A stretch of DNA of 64,000 bases, taken from IMG/VR virus record IMGVR_UViG_3300032271_000867, positions 1 to 64,000 of that record. One strand, written 5' to 3'. The position numbers and the translations under genes are program-made. The notes below the pieces were generated by a model, which saw only the letters and a list, made by a program, of their open reading frames with translations, searched no databases and was not told where the DNA came from. This document shows positions 46,800 to 55,564 of the stretch, one piece after another. Every line of letters begins with the position of its first letter. Positions within the stretch are counted from its first letter, which is position 1. This DNA is from a virus.

Positions 46800-48341
46800 T
46801 TATTGTGAGACAAGCTGGTTGAGGTTAATAACAACAAACTCTGCAGGATACTCAAGAGCAACACCGACTTCGATGTGGACTTCACCACTTGCAATAGTTT
46901 GAGGAGTGTTGTTTTCAGCGTCAATCTTTACGTAAAAAGCGTCAGCAGGAGTAGCTCCAACTAGTCCACCTTGGTTACGATACTGATTTAGGAATACTGA
47001 AATAGAAGTACGAAGTCGTGACCATAGAACTGAGTCGTTGTTTTCAAACAAAGCTGAGTTACCAATGTCTTTAAGATTTTTCTTAATGTAGATCAAACTT
47101 CTACGCATTGAGATGTAACGGTTAGCAGTACCATCCTGAAGAAGAGTACGTGCACCCATAACCACTACACCAGAACCAGGAATGCTACGAATAGCATTTA
47201 CTGAAGAACCATTAGTTCCTCCATTACCAGTGTTTAGGTTATCAAGATCAGTATTAGTAAACTGACGTTCAGTAGCTAATGCGCCCTTAATCTGGGTACG
47301 CAATCCTGCAGGAGATTTAAATGGACCATACTGCTTGTCATTAGCAATAAACAAACCAGCAATTGGACCAGCAGGACCAATCTTACGAAGGTTTCTGCTT
47401 AGTGGATCTTGAATATAAATGTATGGGTAGTAAACTGCAGCTTGACTTGATTTGTAGTTAGTACTATTAGCATAAGTAATTGCATCTGACACTGACAAGT
47501 TAGCAGCAGTATCAAGGACAACAAACACGTCTTTACCACTAGCCCAAGTAATCATGTTTAATTGAACAGCAGCAGGAATACTAGTAGTACTAAATGAATT
47601 AAATAGTTCTGGTGAAAATAGAACTAATGGTTGGTTGATAACTTCAAAATCAGATAGTGCAGTGTTATAGTCAGTAGCTGCAATTGCGCTTCCATCTAAA
47701 CCACTTCCAGTAAATGGAAAAATAGTATTAAGAACAGGAGTTTTTCCTGGATTAGCAGTGCTTACTACTGTAATAAACCTAGAAGTACTGTTGATTACAG
47801 ATTGAATATACGAAGGTGATGTAGGGTCAAAACTTACGTTGTAGTATTGCTCTACAATAACGTCATCTGAAGAACCGGCGGTAACTACTCCTGTAGTAAT
47901 AGTATCTGCAATGCCAGCTTCTTTAGTAAGTGTTACGTTATATTTACCTGCAATAGATCCAGTAGTAAAAGTAATTCTAAAATTAGTACCATCACTACCA
48001 TAACTTAGTGAGTTAATAGTGGCCATTGTAACTGGGGTAGTATCAGTAGATGGAATTGTAATTGATGCTTGACCTGCACCTGAACCAAGTACTCGGCGCA
48101 CGTAAAGGTCTCCACCACCATTTGCAAAGTACTGAGCTACACCAAAAGTTGCAGGGTATGATGGGTTGTATGAACCATACAAGTTAGTAAAGTCATACCA
48201 TGAGTTAATTTTAGTTACTGTTAATGGGCCCTGAGCAAATTGAGCAATTACTGCACCAGTAGCATTAGCAGAAGATGTGTCCGCAATTGGAACACTAGAA
48301 AGAGTTTCATTAATATAAACTCCCGGACGATTGTACGTCAT
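46800..48341 (-). CDS. contractile tail sheath protein
   Basis: RPGVYINE, FANGG, AVYYP, KSPAG, GARTL, RYISMRR, PAEFVVI. Confidence 0.95.
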   Translation of the reverse strand: MTYNRPGVYINETLSSVPIADTSSANATGAVIAQFAQGPLTVTKINSWYDFTNLYGSYNPSYPATFGVAQYFANGGGDLYVRRVLGSGAGQASITIPSTDTTPVTMATINSLSYGSDGTNFRITFTTGSIAGKYNVTLTKEAGIADTITTGVVTAGSSDDVIVEQYYNVSFDPTSPSYIQSVINSTSRFITVVSTANPGKTPVLNTIFPFTGSGLDGSAIAATDYNTALSDFEVINQPLVLFSPELFNSFSTTSIPAAVQLNMITWASGKDVFVVLDTAANLSVSDAITYANSTNYKSSQAAVYYPYIYIQDPLSRNLRKIGPAGPIAGLFIANDKQYGPFKSPAGLRTQIKGALATERQFTNTDLDNLNTGNGGTNGSSVNAIRSIPGSGVVVMGARTLLQDGTANRYISMRRSLIYIKKNLKDIGNSALFENNDSVLWSRLRTSISVFLNQYRNQGGLVGATPADAFYVKIDAENNTPQTIASGEVHIEVGVALEYPAEFVVINLNQLVSQ

Positions 48342-48382
48342 ATTTTCTCCTTAAATAGGTTTGTTATTCTGAAGGTTCCGTA

Positions 48383-49030
48383 TTATGCACTGAGGGTAAA
48401 AGAACCAATACTTGTGTATTTATTACTTACAAGTTGATCTAGTTTTACTTTATTTACTTTTTGAACAGCTATATAGGTTTCTACAGGAAGTTCGCTTGAA
48501 ATTCTTACTGTAATTGCATTTACAAATAAGCGCTTTGCCTGTTCTGTAATATCTCTTTTTGAGATAGCCATGACATCTAGTCTTCGCATAGTAGAAGTAA
48601 CTAAAGTGTCTGAACCAGATACTGTAGTTTTTTCTACTACTTCTAGAGTGCCAAATCTAATTGGTAATTTATACCCCATTAATTGAGAAATAATTTCACG
48701 GTCATGTCTTGGATGACGAGCGTATGAAGTTACTTGGTAATCAATAAATACTGGAATAGGTAGATGGTGGTTATAGTTTTGAGGAGATGCAAGGTTAGTG
48801 TATCCAGGAGCAGTTCCATAGCCACGCATCTCTCGTGTATTATCCCGTTGAATATCGATCATGTCGATTGTTATGTATGGATAATTTTGAGTTCTTAGTT
48901 CTTGGTCTGGTTGACCAAACCAAACACCTACTTGACGAGAAACTGAATCTGCATCTGATTTTTGATCAGTAACAATAATTCCTTGAAGTTGCTCACGAAG
49001 AGCTTTATCTTCTGACAATAAAAAAGTCAT
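48383..49030 (-). CDS. tail completion / terminator protein
   Basis: Directly upstream of the sheath; YPYITID...YQVTSYARHPRHDR. Confidence 0.6.
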   Translation of the reverse strand: MTFLLSEDKALREQLQGIIVTDQKSDADSVSRQVGVWFGQPDQELRTQNYPYITIDMIDIQRDNTREMRGYGTAPGYTNLASPQNYNHHLPIPVFIDYQVTSYARHPRHDREIISQLMGYKLPIRFGTLEVVEKTTVSGSDTLVTSTMRRLDVMAISKRDITEQAKRLFVNAITVRISSELPVETYIAVQKVNKVKLDQLVSNKYTSIGSFTLSA

Positions 49031-49329
49031 AAATGTCCTTTCATATGTCTAGAAATATTAGCTACAAAAACATTTCCTGCACTATGTGGGCTATTGTCAT
49101 ATTTACGAATAACACCAGTAGGTTGAGATGTTTCGCTACCATACTCATGCTTAAATGCAGCAGAGCCATGCCTTGAAGGAACAGTGACTTTAAAGTCATC
49201 ATTTACTGAAATATGCTGAACTACTTTTGGGTCCCAACCATGCAACAAAGCTTTGCCACGTAGATCATTAGTAATGAAATTTAACGTGTCATTGGTTGCG
49301 TGGTCTATGGCATCAAGTAGTTTTTTCAC
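49027..49329 (-). CDS. putative neck / virion morphogenesis protein
   Basis: HEYGSE...P motif, position. Confidence 0.5.
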   Translation of the reverse strand: MKKLLDAIDHATNDTLNFITNDLRGKALLHGWDPKVVQHISVNDDFKVTVPSRHGSAAFKHEYGSETSQPTGVIRKYDNSPHSAGNVFVANISRHMKGHL

Positions 49330-49526
49330 TGCGATTTCTTGCCTGTGTATGGGTTTACTTTTGCAAAATTGCTATTTACATATCCTGAGTTAATCATCGA
49401 CATCATAATATTTTGTCTATTAGCAGGATTGTAAACTACTGCACCCTGAACAAAGTTTTGTTGTTCATTAAATAATAGGAACTCATTGGGTTTTTCCCAC
49501 CAAGGTTTCCAGTCAGTATTTAGCAT
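49326..49526 (-). CDS. hypothetical protein, first gene of the tail operon
   Basis: GGGGA RBS-like sequence before MLNTDW at 49526. Confidence 0.55.
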   Translation of the reverse strand: MLNTDWKPWWEKPNEFLLFNEQQNFVQGAVVYNPANRQNIMMSMINSGYVNSNFAKVNPYTGKKSQ

Positions 49527-49601
49527 TTCGCAAATCCCCATTCGAGGCGGCAGTGTTTAGCAATAATGTAGGATCCGCACAGATGCCTACATCTATAGGG
49601 T

Positions 49602-49628
49602 AAAAGAAAAGGCAGCTAAAAGCTGCCT
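49602..49628 (-). terminator. intrinsic terminator
   Basis: AGGCAGC-tttta-GCTGCCT then TTTCTTTT on the - strand. Confidence 0.75.
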
Positions 49629-49633
49629 AAACT

Positions 49634-49831
49634 TTACTTACCTTTTTTAACTTTTTTAGCTAATGCTTTGTCTTTCTTTATATCTTCAGATTTAGACATC
49701 TTTTTATTTTTGTCCATCTTGTCATCAGCTTTTTCAAACTTCTTTTTTTGAGCAGGGGTCATACCTTTTTCAAGTTTCTTATCTGCTTTTTCATCTGCCT
49801 TTGATCCAGGCCATGGCTTTTTACTTGTCAT
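49634..49831 (-). CDS. Lys-rich small protein
   Basis: MTSKKPWPGSKADEKADKK... Confidence 0.7.
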   Translation of the reverse strand: MTSKKPWPGSKADEKADKKLEKGMTPAQKKKFEKADDKMDKNKKMSKSEDIKKDKALAKKVKKGK

Positions 49832-49994
49832 TCTTTTTACCTTTATTCATTTTGGCTGCAGTAATAACATCGCCACGAGTAATTTTATTTTTGTCACCAT
49901 ACATCGCTGCAAGTTTTGCATTTTTTGGTGAAAGTTTTTTTGATCTAGACTTACACTCAGAACATTTGCCACATGTGCATTTTTTACTTGCCAT
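49821..49994 (-). CDS. 57-aa basic protein (MASKKCTCGKCSECK...KITRGDVITAAK...)
   Basis: Manual translation, AAGGA RBS, overlapping coupling. Confidence 0.65.
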   Translation of the reverse strand: MASKKCTCGKCSECKSRSKKLSPKNAKLAAMYGDKNKITRGDVITAAKMNKGKKNDK

Positions 49995-50124
49995 TTTTAC
50001 TTCCTTTTTTCTTTACTTTTTTAGGTAATGGTTTATTTTTGGGAGTATGTTCTTCCCATTTTGCAGCCATTTCTGGATCATTTGCATACATCCATTTACG
50101 TTGTTGTTTTGATACAAAAGGCAT
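49984..50124 (-). CDS. 46-aa basic protein (MPFVSKQQRKWMYANDPEMAAKWEEHTP...)
   Basis: Manual translation; MPF.S..Q..W...P..A..W pattern typical of small phage basic proteins. Confidence 0.7.
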   Translation of the reverse strand: MPFVSKQQRKWMYANDPEMAAKWEEHTPKNKPLPKKVKKKGSKNGK

Positions 50125-50126
50125 TT

Positions 50127-50432
50127 TTACTTCTTTTTAGAATCAAGTCGTTTTGAAATAGCAGCTGCTTTTTTCCTAGCATCGGCTTTTGAGGAAGCTC
50201 CCCAAGCCTGTAATGATAGTAGCAGACGAGTTGGCTCACCGTTGGGTTTACGCTCAGGACCTGGATTACCTGCCATACGAGCAAGAAATGAAGCACGGCG
50301 AGGGTTATCGCCAGATTTAACAGGTGGTTTTAGGTCATGACCTTGAGCCTTTGCAGAAGCACGACCTTTGGCATTTAGGCCACCTTTAGGATTCTTGCCT
50401 TCTTTACGCTCCCAAGCTGGAGTTTTAGCCAT
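50127..50432 (-). CDS. basic phage protein (DUF6321-like)
   Basis: MAKTPAWERKEGKNPKGGLNAKGRAS...RRASFLARM...SLQAWG. Confidence 0.75.
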   Translation of the reverse strand: MAKTPAWERKEGKNPKGGLNAKGRASAKAQGHDLKPPVKSGDNPRRASFLARMAGNPGPERKPNGEPTRLLLSLQAWGASSKADARKKAAAISKRLDSKKK

Positions 50433-50595
50433 TTTTCTTTTTCTTCTTTCTAGCAATTGCCATATTATCTACTAGATTAGGATAAGGACGACCGGCTGCT
50501 TGAGCACGTGCTTTAGCAGCAGATTCTTGTTTAGAAGTAAGATCTTTGTGTTTTTTCTTTGGGTTCTTTTTATCCCAAACTGGTTTATCTGCCAT
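50425..50595 (-). CDS. 56-aa basic protein (MADKPVWDKKNP...AKARAQAAGRPYPNLVDNM...)
   Basis: Manual translation, coupled overlaps. Confidence 0.7.
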   Translation of the reverse strand: MADKPVWDKKNPKKKHKDLTSKQESAAKARAQAAGRPYPNLVDNMAIARKKKKKNG

Positions 50596-50824
50596 TATTT
50601 TTCTTTACTGGTTTAGGTGTTTCTATTTTTCTTTTTGATGGTTTTAAAGTTTTAGATTCAACATCTTTAGGTTTAAAACCGTCTCCCGTAATTCCATATT
50701 TATTATGAACAGTACGGGAGTTTTCTGGATTAGCACTTTTGTTTATTGTGCCAGAATGATATTCTTTAATTTTTTTACCAGCAGTTCCAGTACCTTTAAT
50801 TTTTACTTTTTTATGATTTTGCAT
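50585..50824 (-). CDS. Lys-rich small protein
   Basis: 79-aa ORF with AAGGA RBS. Confidence 0.65.
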   Translation of the reverse strand: MQNHKKVKIKGTGTAGKKIKEYHSGTINKSANPENSRTVHNKYGITGDGFKPKDVESKTLKPSKRKIETPKPVKKNNGR

Positions 50825-50831
50825 TTTATCC

Positions 50832-50957
50832 TTACCAAGTAGACAAAGTAGTTCTTGCCCAAGTATTAGTTGCTACACATACATATAGAAACCCAGATAC
50901 ACCTGCTCGAACTAGGCGTGGGTCTTTTTTACTTGCTGCTTTTTTCTTTTCAGTCAT
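50832..50957 (-). CDS. 41-aa apparently chimeric ORF (basic N-terminus + fibre-type YVCVATNTW C-terminus)
   Basis: MTEKKKAASKKDPRLVRAGVSGF|LYVCVATNTWARTTLSTW; TAATG coupling. Confidence 0.55.
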   Translation of the reverse strand: MTEKKKAASKKDPRLVRAGVSGFLYVCVATNTWARTTLSTW

Positions 50958-52006
50958 TATGCGTTTCCTAACGTAGTTACTGTTCCTGATGAGCCTCGGT
51001 ACTTGAGAGCACCAGCCTCAACGAAAAGGATTCCTCCACCTGTTAAGTTAGCAGAAGGTGCTGTTCCATTTTGCATAAGAAGTCTATCTGCGTTTACATA
51101 TTGGAAGTAGTCAACAGACCCTGTAGAACCACCAGTTCCTGATAGTGCTACTAGAGTTGAGTTTGGCTTATCGAACACGCAGTTAAATATTGAGTAAAAA
51201 CCATTTAGTACAACTGGGGCAACACCATTTAGTGTTGACGTCAAAAACTGGCAGTTTGCTAGTGTGATAATGCTAGAGGCAGCAGATGTAACGGCATTGG
51301 TAACGGTAGCAGCAACTACAGAGTCCACAAGGCTTAGTGTTCCAGCAGTTAGAACAGGGGCAACGGTGACAGCACTTTTTACAATTACATTGGCACTAGC
51401 GTTGTTGACGGTTATGAAGTTTGGGTTACCACCAAAGATAGCGACTAAACCAGACCCAGTGATGCTTGCAGCGTTAATGTCACATAGGCGAGCAACAACG
51501 TAAGTAGCATTGCTGGTTTTTGTAAAAGTTCCAGAGACCTCGCAGTTTAGGATGTTAACGTTTCCCGTACCAGTCGGCGTATTCACAGTTAAGTTTGTCA
51601 TTTTTATGCCAGAAATAGTGCACCCAGTATTTGTGCTCAAAGTTCCATAAAGTACAATGTTTCCACCAATAAGACCAGGTCCAGTTATGGTCGTGTACTG
51701 AGTAGTTATTGATGGGCTTTCAGTGTAACCTCCTGGGTGAACAATAATTGTTTTACGGCTTGAAGTAACTAAAGTCAACGCTTTAGTAATAGTAGCAACT
51801 GGCTTTAGAATGTCACCATTACCAGTAGTGTCATTTCCGTCTACTCCACTGACATGGATTTCTTGGTCATACCCGTTAAAGGTTGTTTGTTTTCCATTGA
51901 CAGTTGTAGATAGGGCTGTAGTTGTCACATCTAAATAAGTTAACCAGTTATTTAAAGTTACATCCCAATTATTGTCGCCTTTAACGGGCAAATTTGGTGC
52001 AGTCAT
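50957..52006 (-). CDS. fibre/spike protein with beta-helix-like region
   Basis: G.D..G.G...P.ATITKAL...V.PG.Y motif; GGGILFVEAGALKYRG tail. Confidence 0.7.
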   Translation of the reverse strand: MTAPNLPVKGDNNWDVTLNNWLTYLDVTTTALSTTVNGKQTTFNGYDQEIHVSGVDGNDTTGNGDILKPVATITKALTLVTSSRKTIIVHPGGYTESPSITTQYTTITGPGLIGGNIVLYGTLSTNTGCTISGIKMTNLTVNTPTGTGNVNILNCEVSGTFTKTSNATYVVARLCDINAASITGSGLVAIFGGNPNFITVNNASANVIVKSAVTVAPVLTAGTLSLVDSVVAATVTNAVTSAASSIITLANCQFLTSTLNGVAPVVLNGFYSIFNCVFDKPNSTLVALSGTGGSTGSVDYFQYVNADRLLMQNGTAPSANLTGGGILFVEAGALKYRGSSGTVTTLGNA

Positions 52007-52615
52007 TTAATCTCCGTAAGGTGTTGTGCCATAACCATTTAAGCCATAGCCATATTTGTCATTTCTAGGATCCCGCAATGCAGGACTAGCATATTTAGTA
52101 AATTGTGGATCATTTACAAGTTCTTCTAGGTTTACCTGGTTGCAGTCAATAGTTACTACTGCATATCTAAGACCAAAAGCACCTCTAGGCAAAACTCTTG
52201 TAGGAGTAAAAATTTCACCTTTATATAAAATTCTATCTTTAATATGCGAACTTGGATCGGCTAACATACTAGGAATTAATCGTTGTACATCACCAACATT
52301 TACAACTAGTCGTAGTGTATCTGTGGTATAAAAACCACGCTCATTCATAATGTTTGTTGATCGAATAAGTTGGGCCATCACCACAGGAAGTTTAAATGGC
52401 AAAACCCATCTACGACCATTACCTTGTTCGTAGCTAGATACATCGTAAATTTCATCTACAATGTCCCTATATTTATCCTCTAGATAAGTTGTACTCCATT
52501 TAAACCAACTTACATCAGTACCAACTGTAGCTCCAAGATCCTCGCCAATTCCTTCATAAATCGACTTAGCTTCATAATCAATATTAAATCTTCCTTGAAG
52601 TTTGGTACCACGCAT
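52007..52615 (-). CDS. putative head-closure / neck protein
   Basis: Composition and position among virion genes. Confidence 0.45.
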   Translation of the reverse strand: MRGTKLQGRFNIDYEAKSIYEGIGEDLGATVGTDVSWFKWSTTYLEDKYRDIVDEIYDVSSYEQGNGRRWVLPFKLPVVMAQLIRSTNIMNERGFYTTDTLRLVVNVGDVQRLIPSMLADPSSHIKDRILYKGEIFTPTRVLPRGAFGLRYAVVTIDCNQVNLEELVNDPQFTKYASPALRDPRNDKYGYGLNGYGTTPYGD

Positions 52616-53751
52616 TATTTAGCCTCTAAAATCTCAATACGTTTTAGAGCGTCCTGCAAAGCAGACACAAGGTAAGGAATAATTTTGCTTTGGTCTACCA
52701 TTTGATAGTTAGGGTCACCATTTTCATTTACAGCGTCTTTATCTCCTGTAACTGCTTCTGGAACTACCGACTGTAGTTCGTGAGCAAGAAACCCATAAGA
52801 AAGTTCTTTAGAATCACGCCAGTTAAACTCAACAGGATTCAACGCAAGGATTTGAGAAGAACCAGTTGTAAACTTTTTTACATTATTTTTTAATCGGTAG
52901 TCTGACAAGTTGCTAAACCCAGTTACAGGGTTACCACCGTTAGCGCTAACTGTAATAGCTCCACCGATACCGTACGAAGAACTAGAAAAAATCATTGCGT
53001 ATCTAGCAGTAGCACTATTATTTGCAGTAGTAACAATTTCAATACCCGCATAATTAGAATTAGTGCCACTAGTTGCAGTTGCACTTGCTGGGATAGTTAA
53101 ATATGCACTAGCCATTTTTGGACTGAGAGATAAGGTAAGTGTGTTTAAGTCAACGTAAGTAGCATACGTAGTACTACGTAAATAAGTAGTAGCAGCAATG
53201 TCTAAAGAGTTAAATGAAGCTAATCCCTGATAAGTCACTGCAGCTAAAATAGCATTACTTTGATCCACCCATGTAGTTAAATTAGTTGGTCCGCTACCTG
53301 TATACTTAAAAATTACTGAAGGTTGACCAGAATTAGGATTTGTAAATGTTTTAGCATTTACAAATGTTTGGGTTCCTTCTAAGTATGCCACGGTACCACC
53401 AGTACCAAATGCCACTGAGGATGCATCAGTTCCACTAAAAGTTAATGTATTATTTAAAGTTAAAGCTTTGCCATCAATTCCATTAAATGTCAATGTATTA
53501 TTTACAGTTAAACTTTTTAAATTAGCAACAGTTAATGTAGAACCAGTTGCAGGGGCTGTAATCGTAACTTTGTTAAAAGTAGTAGTGTCACTTTTTAAAA
53601 AATAAGGCAAACTTTGAAAAGCAGTTGAGTTATTACCCATTTTAATTTGGTTAAGAGTAGTATCATACCCAAATTCACCCGAACCAAGTACGACACCATT
53701 CCAGTTAGTAGTAGTATCTCGTCTTTGGTAAATACGGTGGTTGACTGTCAT
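52615..53751 (-). CDS. tail fibre with Mtd-N-like N-terminus and C-terminal intramolecular chaperone (peptidase S74)
   Basis: RRDTTTNW...GEFGYDT...KMG; SDYRLKNN...GFLAHEL...PEAV...RIEILE. Confidence 0.88.
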   Translation of the reverse strand: MTVNHRIYQRRDTTTNWNGVVLGSGEFGYDTTLNQIKMGNNSTAFQSLPYFLKSDTTTFNKVTITAPATGSTLTVANLKSLTVNNTLTFNGIDGKALTLNNTLTFSGTDASSVAFGTGGTVAYLEGTQTFVNAKTFTNPNSGQPSVIFKYTGSGPTNLTTWVDQSNAILAAVTYQGLASFNSLDIAATTYLRSTTYATYVDLNTLTLSLSPKMASAYLTIPASATATSGTNSNYAGIEIVTTANNSATARYAMIFSSSSYGIGGAITVSANGGNPVTGFSNLSDYRLKNNVKKFTTGSSQILALNPVEFNWRDSKELSYGFLAHELQSVVPEAVTGDKDAVNENGDPNYQMVDQSKIIPYLVSALQDALKRIEILEAK

Positions 53752-53811
53752 TATGGCTCCTAGGATTATTTATCAACTTATAGTTTGCCTGATTTAGTTA
53801 AATTTTACAGG

Positions 53812-54939
53812 TTATGCAGTTAAGTAACTACCTGAAAGGTACATGTATCCTGCAGTAGTTAAAGTAACTGGATTTGTTCCAGTAAATGGATCATCATATA
53901 CATAACTATTTGAACCATTAGTATTTTGAAAATGATATAAGTTTAAAGTGGTAGTTCCCGCAGCTGCATCTCCTGTTATGGCATAGTGAACACTTCCTTG
54001 ATGCAGACCGCCATCTCGAAAAACATAATCTCCATCAGGTGCCCAAGGAAGAGTTAAACGGTATTGTGCAGTACCAAAAGTATTTACAGTAGTAAATATA
54101 ACTTTTATTTTAAAAAATACTAATTTACCAATTTTTACATAAGAACCTGTTGTAGGAGTTCCCGTATAACTAAGTCCTGTTCCTGACGAAGTAGACCATG
54201 TAGGAGTGTAAGAAGTAGGAGAGTTTACATTTGCTGCATCACCTGAGACAGAAAATGAAACGTTAATTGGAGAAGGAGCCCCATTAGCATCATTATATAT
54301 ATTTGGATTTGAAGCTATGTTTAAAGCAGCATCAGAAGCAACTAAAAATGTAACTGGAATTTCATAAACATTTGCACTATATCCGGGAGTCGGTGAAGAT
54401 GGAGTATGTATAGTAGGTGCTCCAGTAATGGCTAATATAATCCAAAATTTTGGGTCAACTAAAGAAGTTATTTTTATATGACCTTTAATATTTGATGTAG
54501 AAGACGTTGCATAATTTAAAATTTTTGTTACATCAACGATGCCTTCAACAGTTGATTGTTGAGGAAAATTATACAAAAAAGAACTGTAAGCATTTGCACT
54601 TACATAAACTTTTGAAACTGGAGTTAAATTAGTAAGAAAATCAGAAGGGTTGGGATTTATTCCCCAATCTCCATATAGAGAAAATGATCCATCAAGCATT
54701 CCCGCATCATACGCATAAGGGCCACTTAATAAATCATTATAAGTTAATCCTTCTCCACCAAAAGCACCTTGCTCACCACTTTGGTATTTAAGCAAGTTCC
54801 AAGGAGTAACACCATCGCCAATTTTAAATTTATTGGTATCAAGTTCAAATCCAGGTTCACCGGCATCAAGAATAGGATTTACTGAAATCCATTCCGTAGC
54901 TGTTCCTCTACGTAGTTGTATATCTGTTAATCTAGGCAT
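53812..54939 (-). CDS. fibre protein with Mtd-N/hyaluronidase-like N-terminus
   Basis: IQLRRGTATEW..NPIL.AGEPGFELDT.KFKIGDG. Confidence 0.82.
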   Translation of the reverse strand: MPRLTDIQLRRGTATEWISVNPILDAGEPGFELDTNKFKIGDGVTPWNLLKYQSGEQGAFGGEGLTYNDLLSGPYAYDAGMLDGSFSLYGDWGINPNPSDFLTNLTPVSKVYVSANAYSSFLYNFPQQSTVEGIVDVTKILNYATSSTSNIKGHIKITSLVDPKFWIILAITGAPTIHTPSSPTPGYSANVYEIPVTFLVASDAALNIASNPNIYNDANGAPSPINVSFSVSGDAANVNSPTSYTPTWSTSSGTGLSYTGTPTTGSYVKIGKLVFFKIKVIFTTVNTFGTAQYRLTLPWAPDGDYVFRDGGLHQGSVHYAITGDAAAGTTTLNLYHFQNTNGSNSYVYDDPFTGTNPVTLTTAGYMYLSGSYLTA

Positions 54940-55054
54940 TGTTCTCTAACTGTTAAAAAAGTTTAATAATAACTAAGTATTACTGCGGGTTAACCATACC
55001 TTGTCGGGTATTTTTGTTCCTACCTACACTGCGAGGTAAGTTTTTATACTAGTT

Positions 55055-55564
55055 TTAGTATGGGGTTGCTCCAGAAACTACATAAACATCATCTATGTAA
55101 AAATTTCCACTAGATGTAAATCCTGCCATTTGAAAGTCTAAGTTTAAATAGTCAGCACCTCCAGGCAAAACATTGGAGTATGTAAATTTGTACCAAGTGT
55201 TTATTGAAGGCAGAGTCCAATAACCGCTGAACCCATTTCCACCTAAATCAACTGAATAGTTAATAGTGTTGTACGTAATGTTAGTAGTTAAAAACCAAAC
55301 TGAAAATGAGAATCTACCTCCAGAAACACCAGCTCCAGAATAGCCAGCAGACATTGTGCCGTTATATGCATCATACACAAATTTACCAGAATATGTGCCA
55401 GAATGAGCGTAAGAAGTGCTTCTAGTCATTGTAGTAGCGTCGCTCTGAGTATACCATTGATTCATTGTGGCTGACTCAAATGTGCCGTTAGTAATGTAGT
55501 TGGTAGGAAGAGCGACTCCTGCTTTTTTTACGCTTCCAACTAACCCTGCAAAACTACCAGTCAT
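55055..55564 (-). CDS. carbohydrate-binding-module-like virion protein
   Basis: NYITNGTFE...AHSGTYS...FYIDDV. Confidence 0.65.
   Translation of the reverse strand: MTGSFAGLVGSVKKAGVALPTNYITNGTFESATMNQWYTQSDATTMTRSTSYAHSGTYSGKFVYDAYNGTMSAGYSGAGVSGGRFSFSVWFLTTNITYNTINYSVDLGGNGFSGYWTLPSINTWYKFTYSNVLPGGADYLNLDFQMAGFTSSGNFYIDDVYVVSGATPY

Noticed and set aside
34630-48341. Bacterial extracellular contractile injection system or tailocin
   Set aside because: The tail genes are contiguous with a complete phage replication module, so a phage genome is the simpler reading.
52615-54939. Diversity-generating retroelement suggested by Mtd-like N-termini
   Set aside because: No reverse transcriptase and no TR/VR pair with adenine-specific mismatches seen. 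Mtd-N is a common fibre attachment module.
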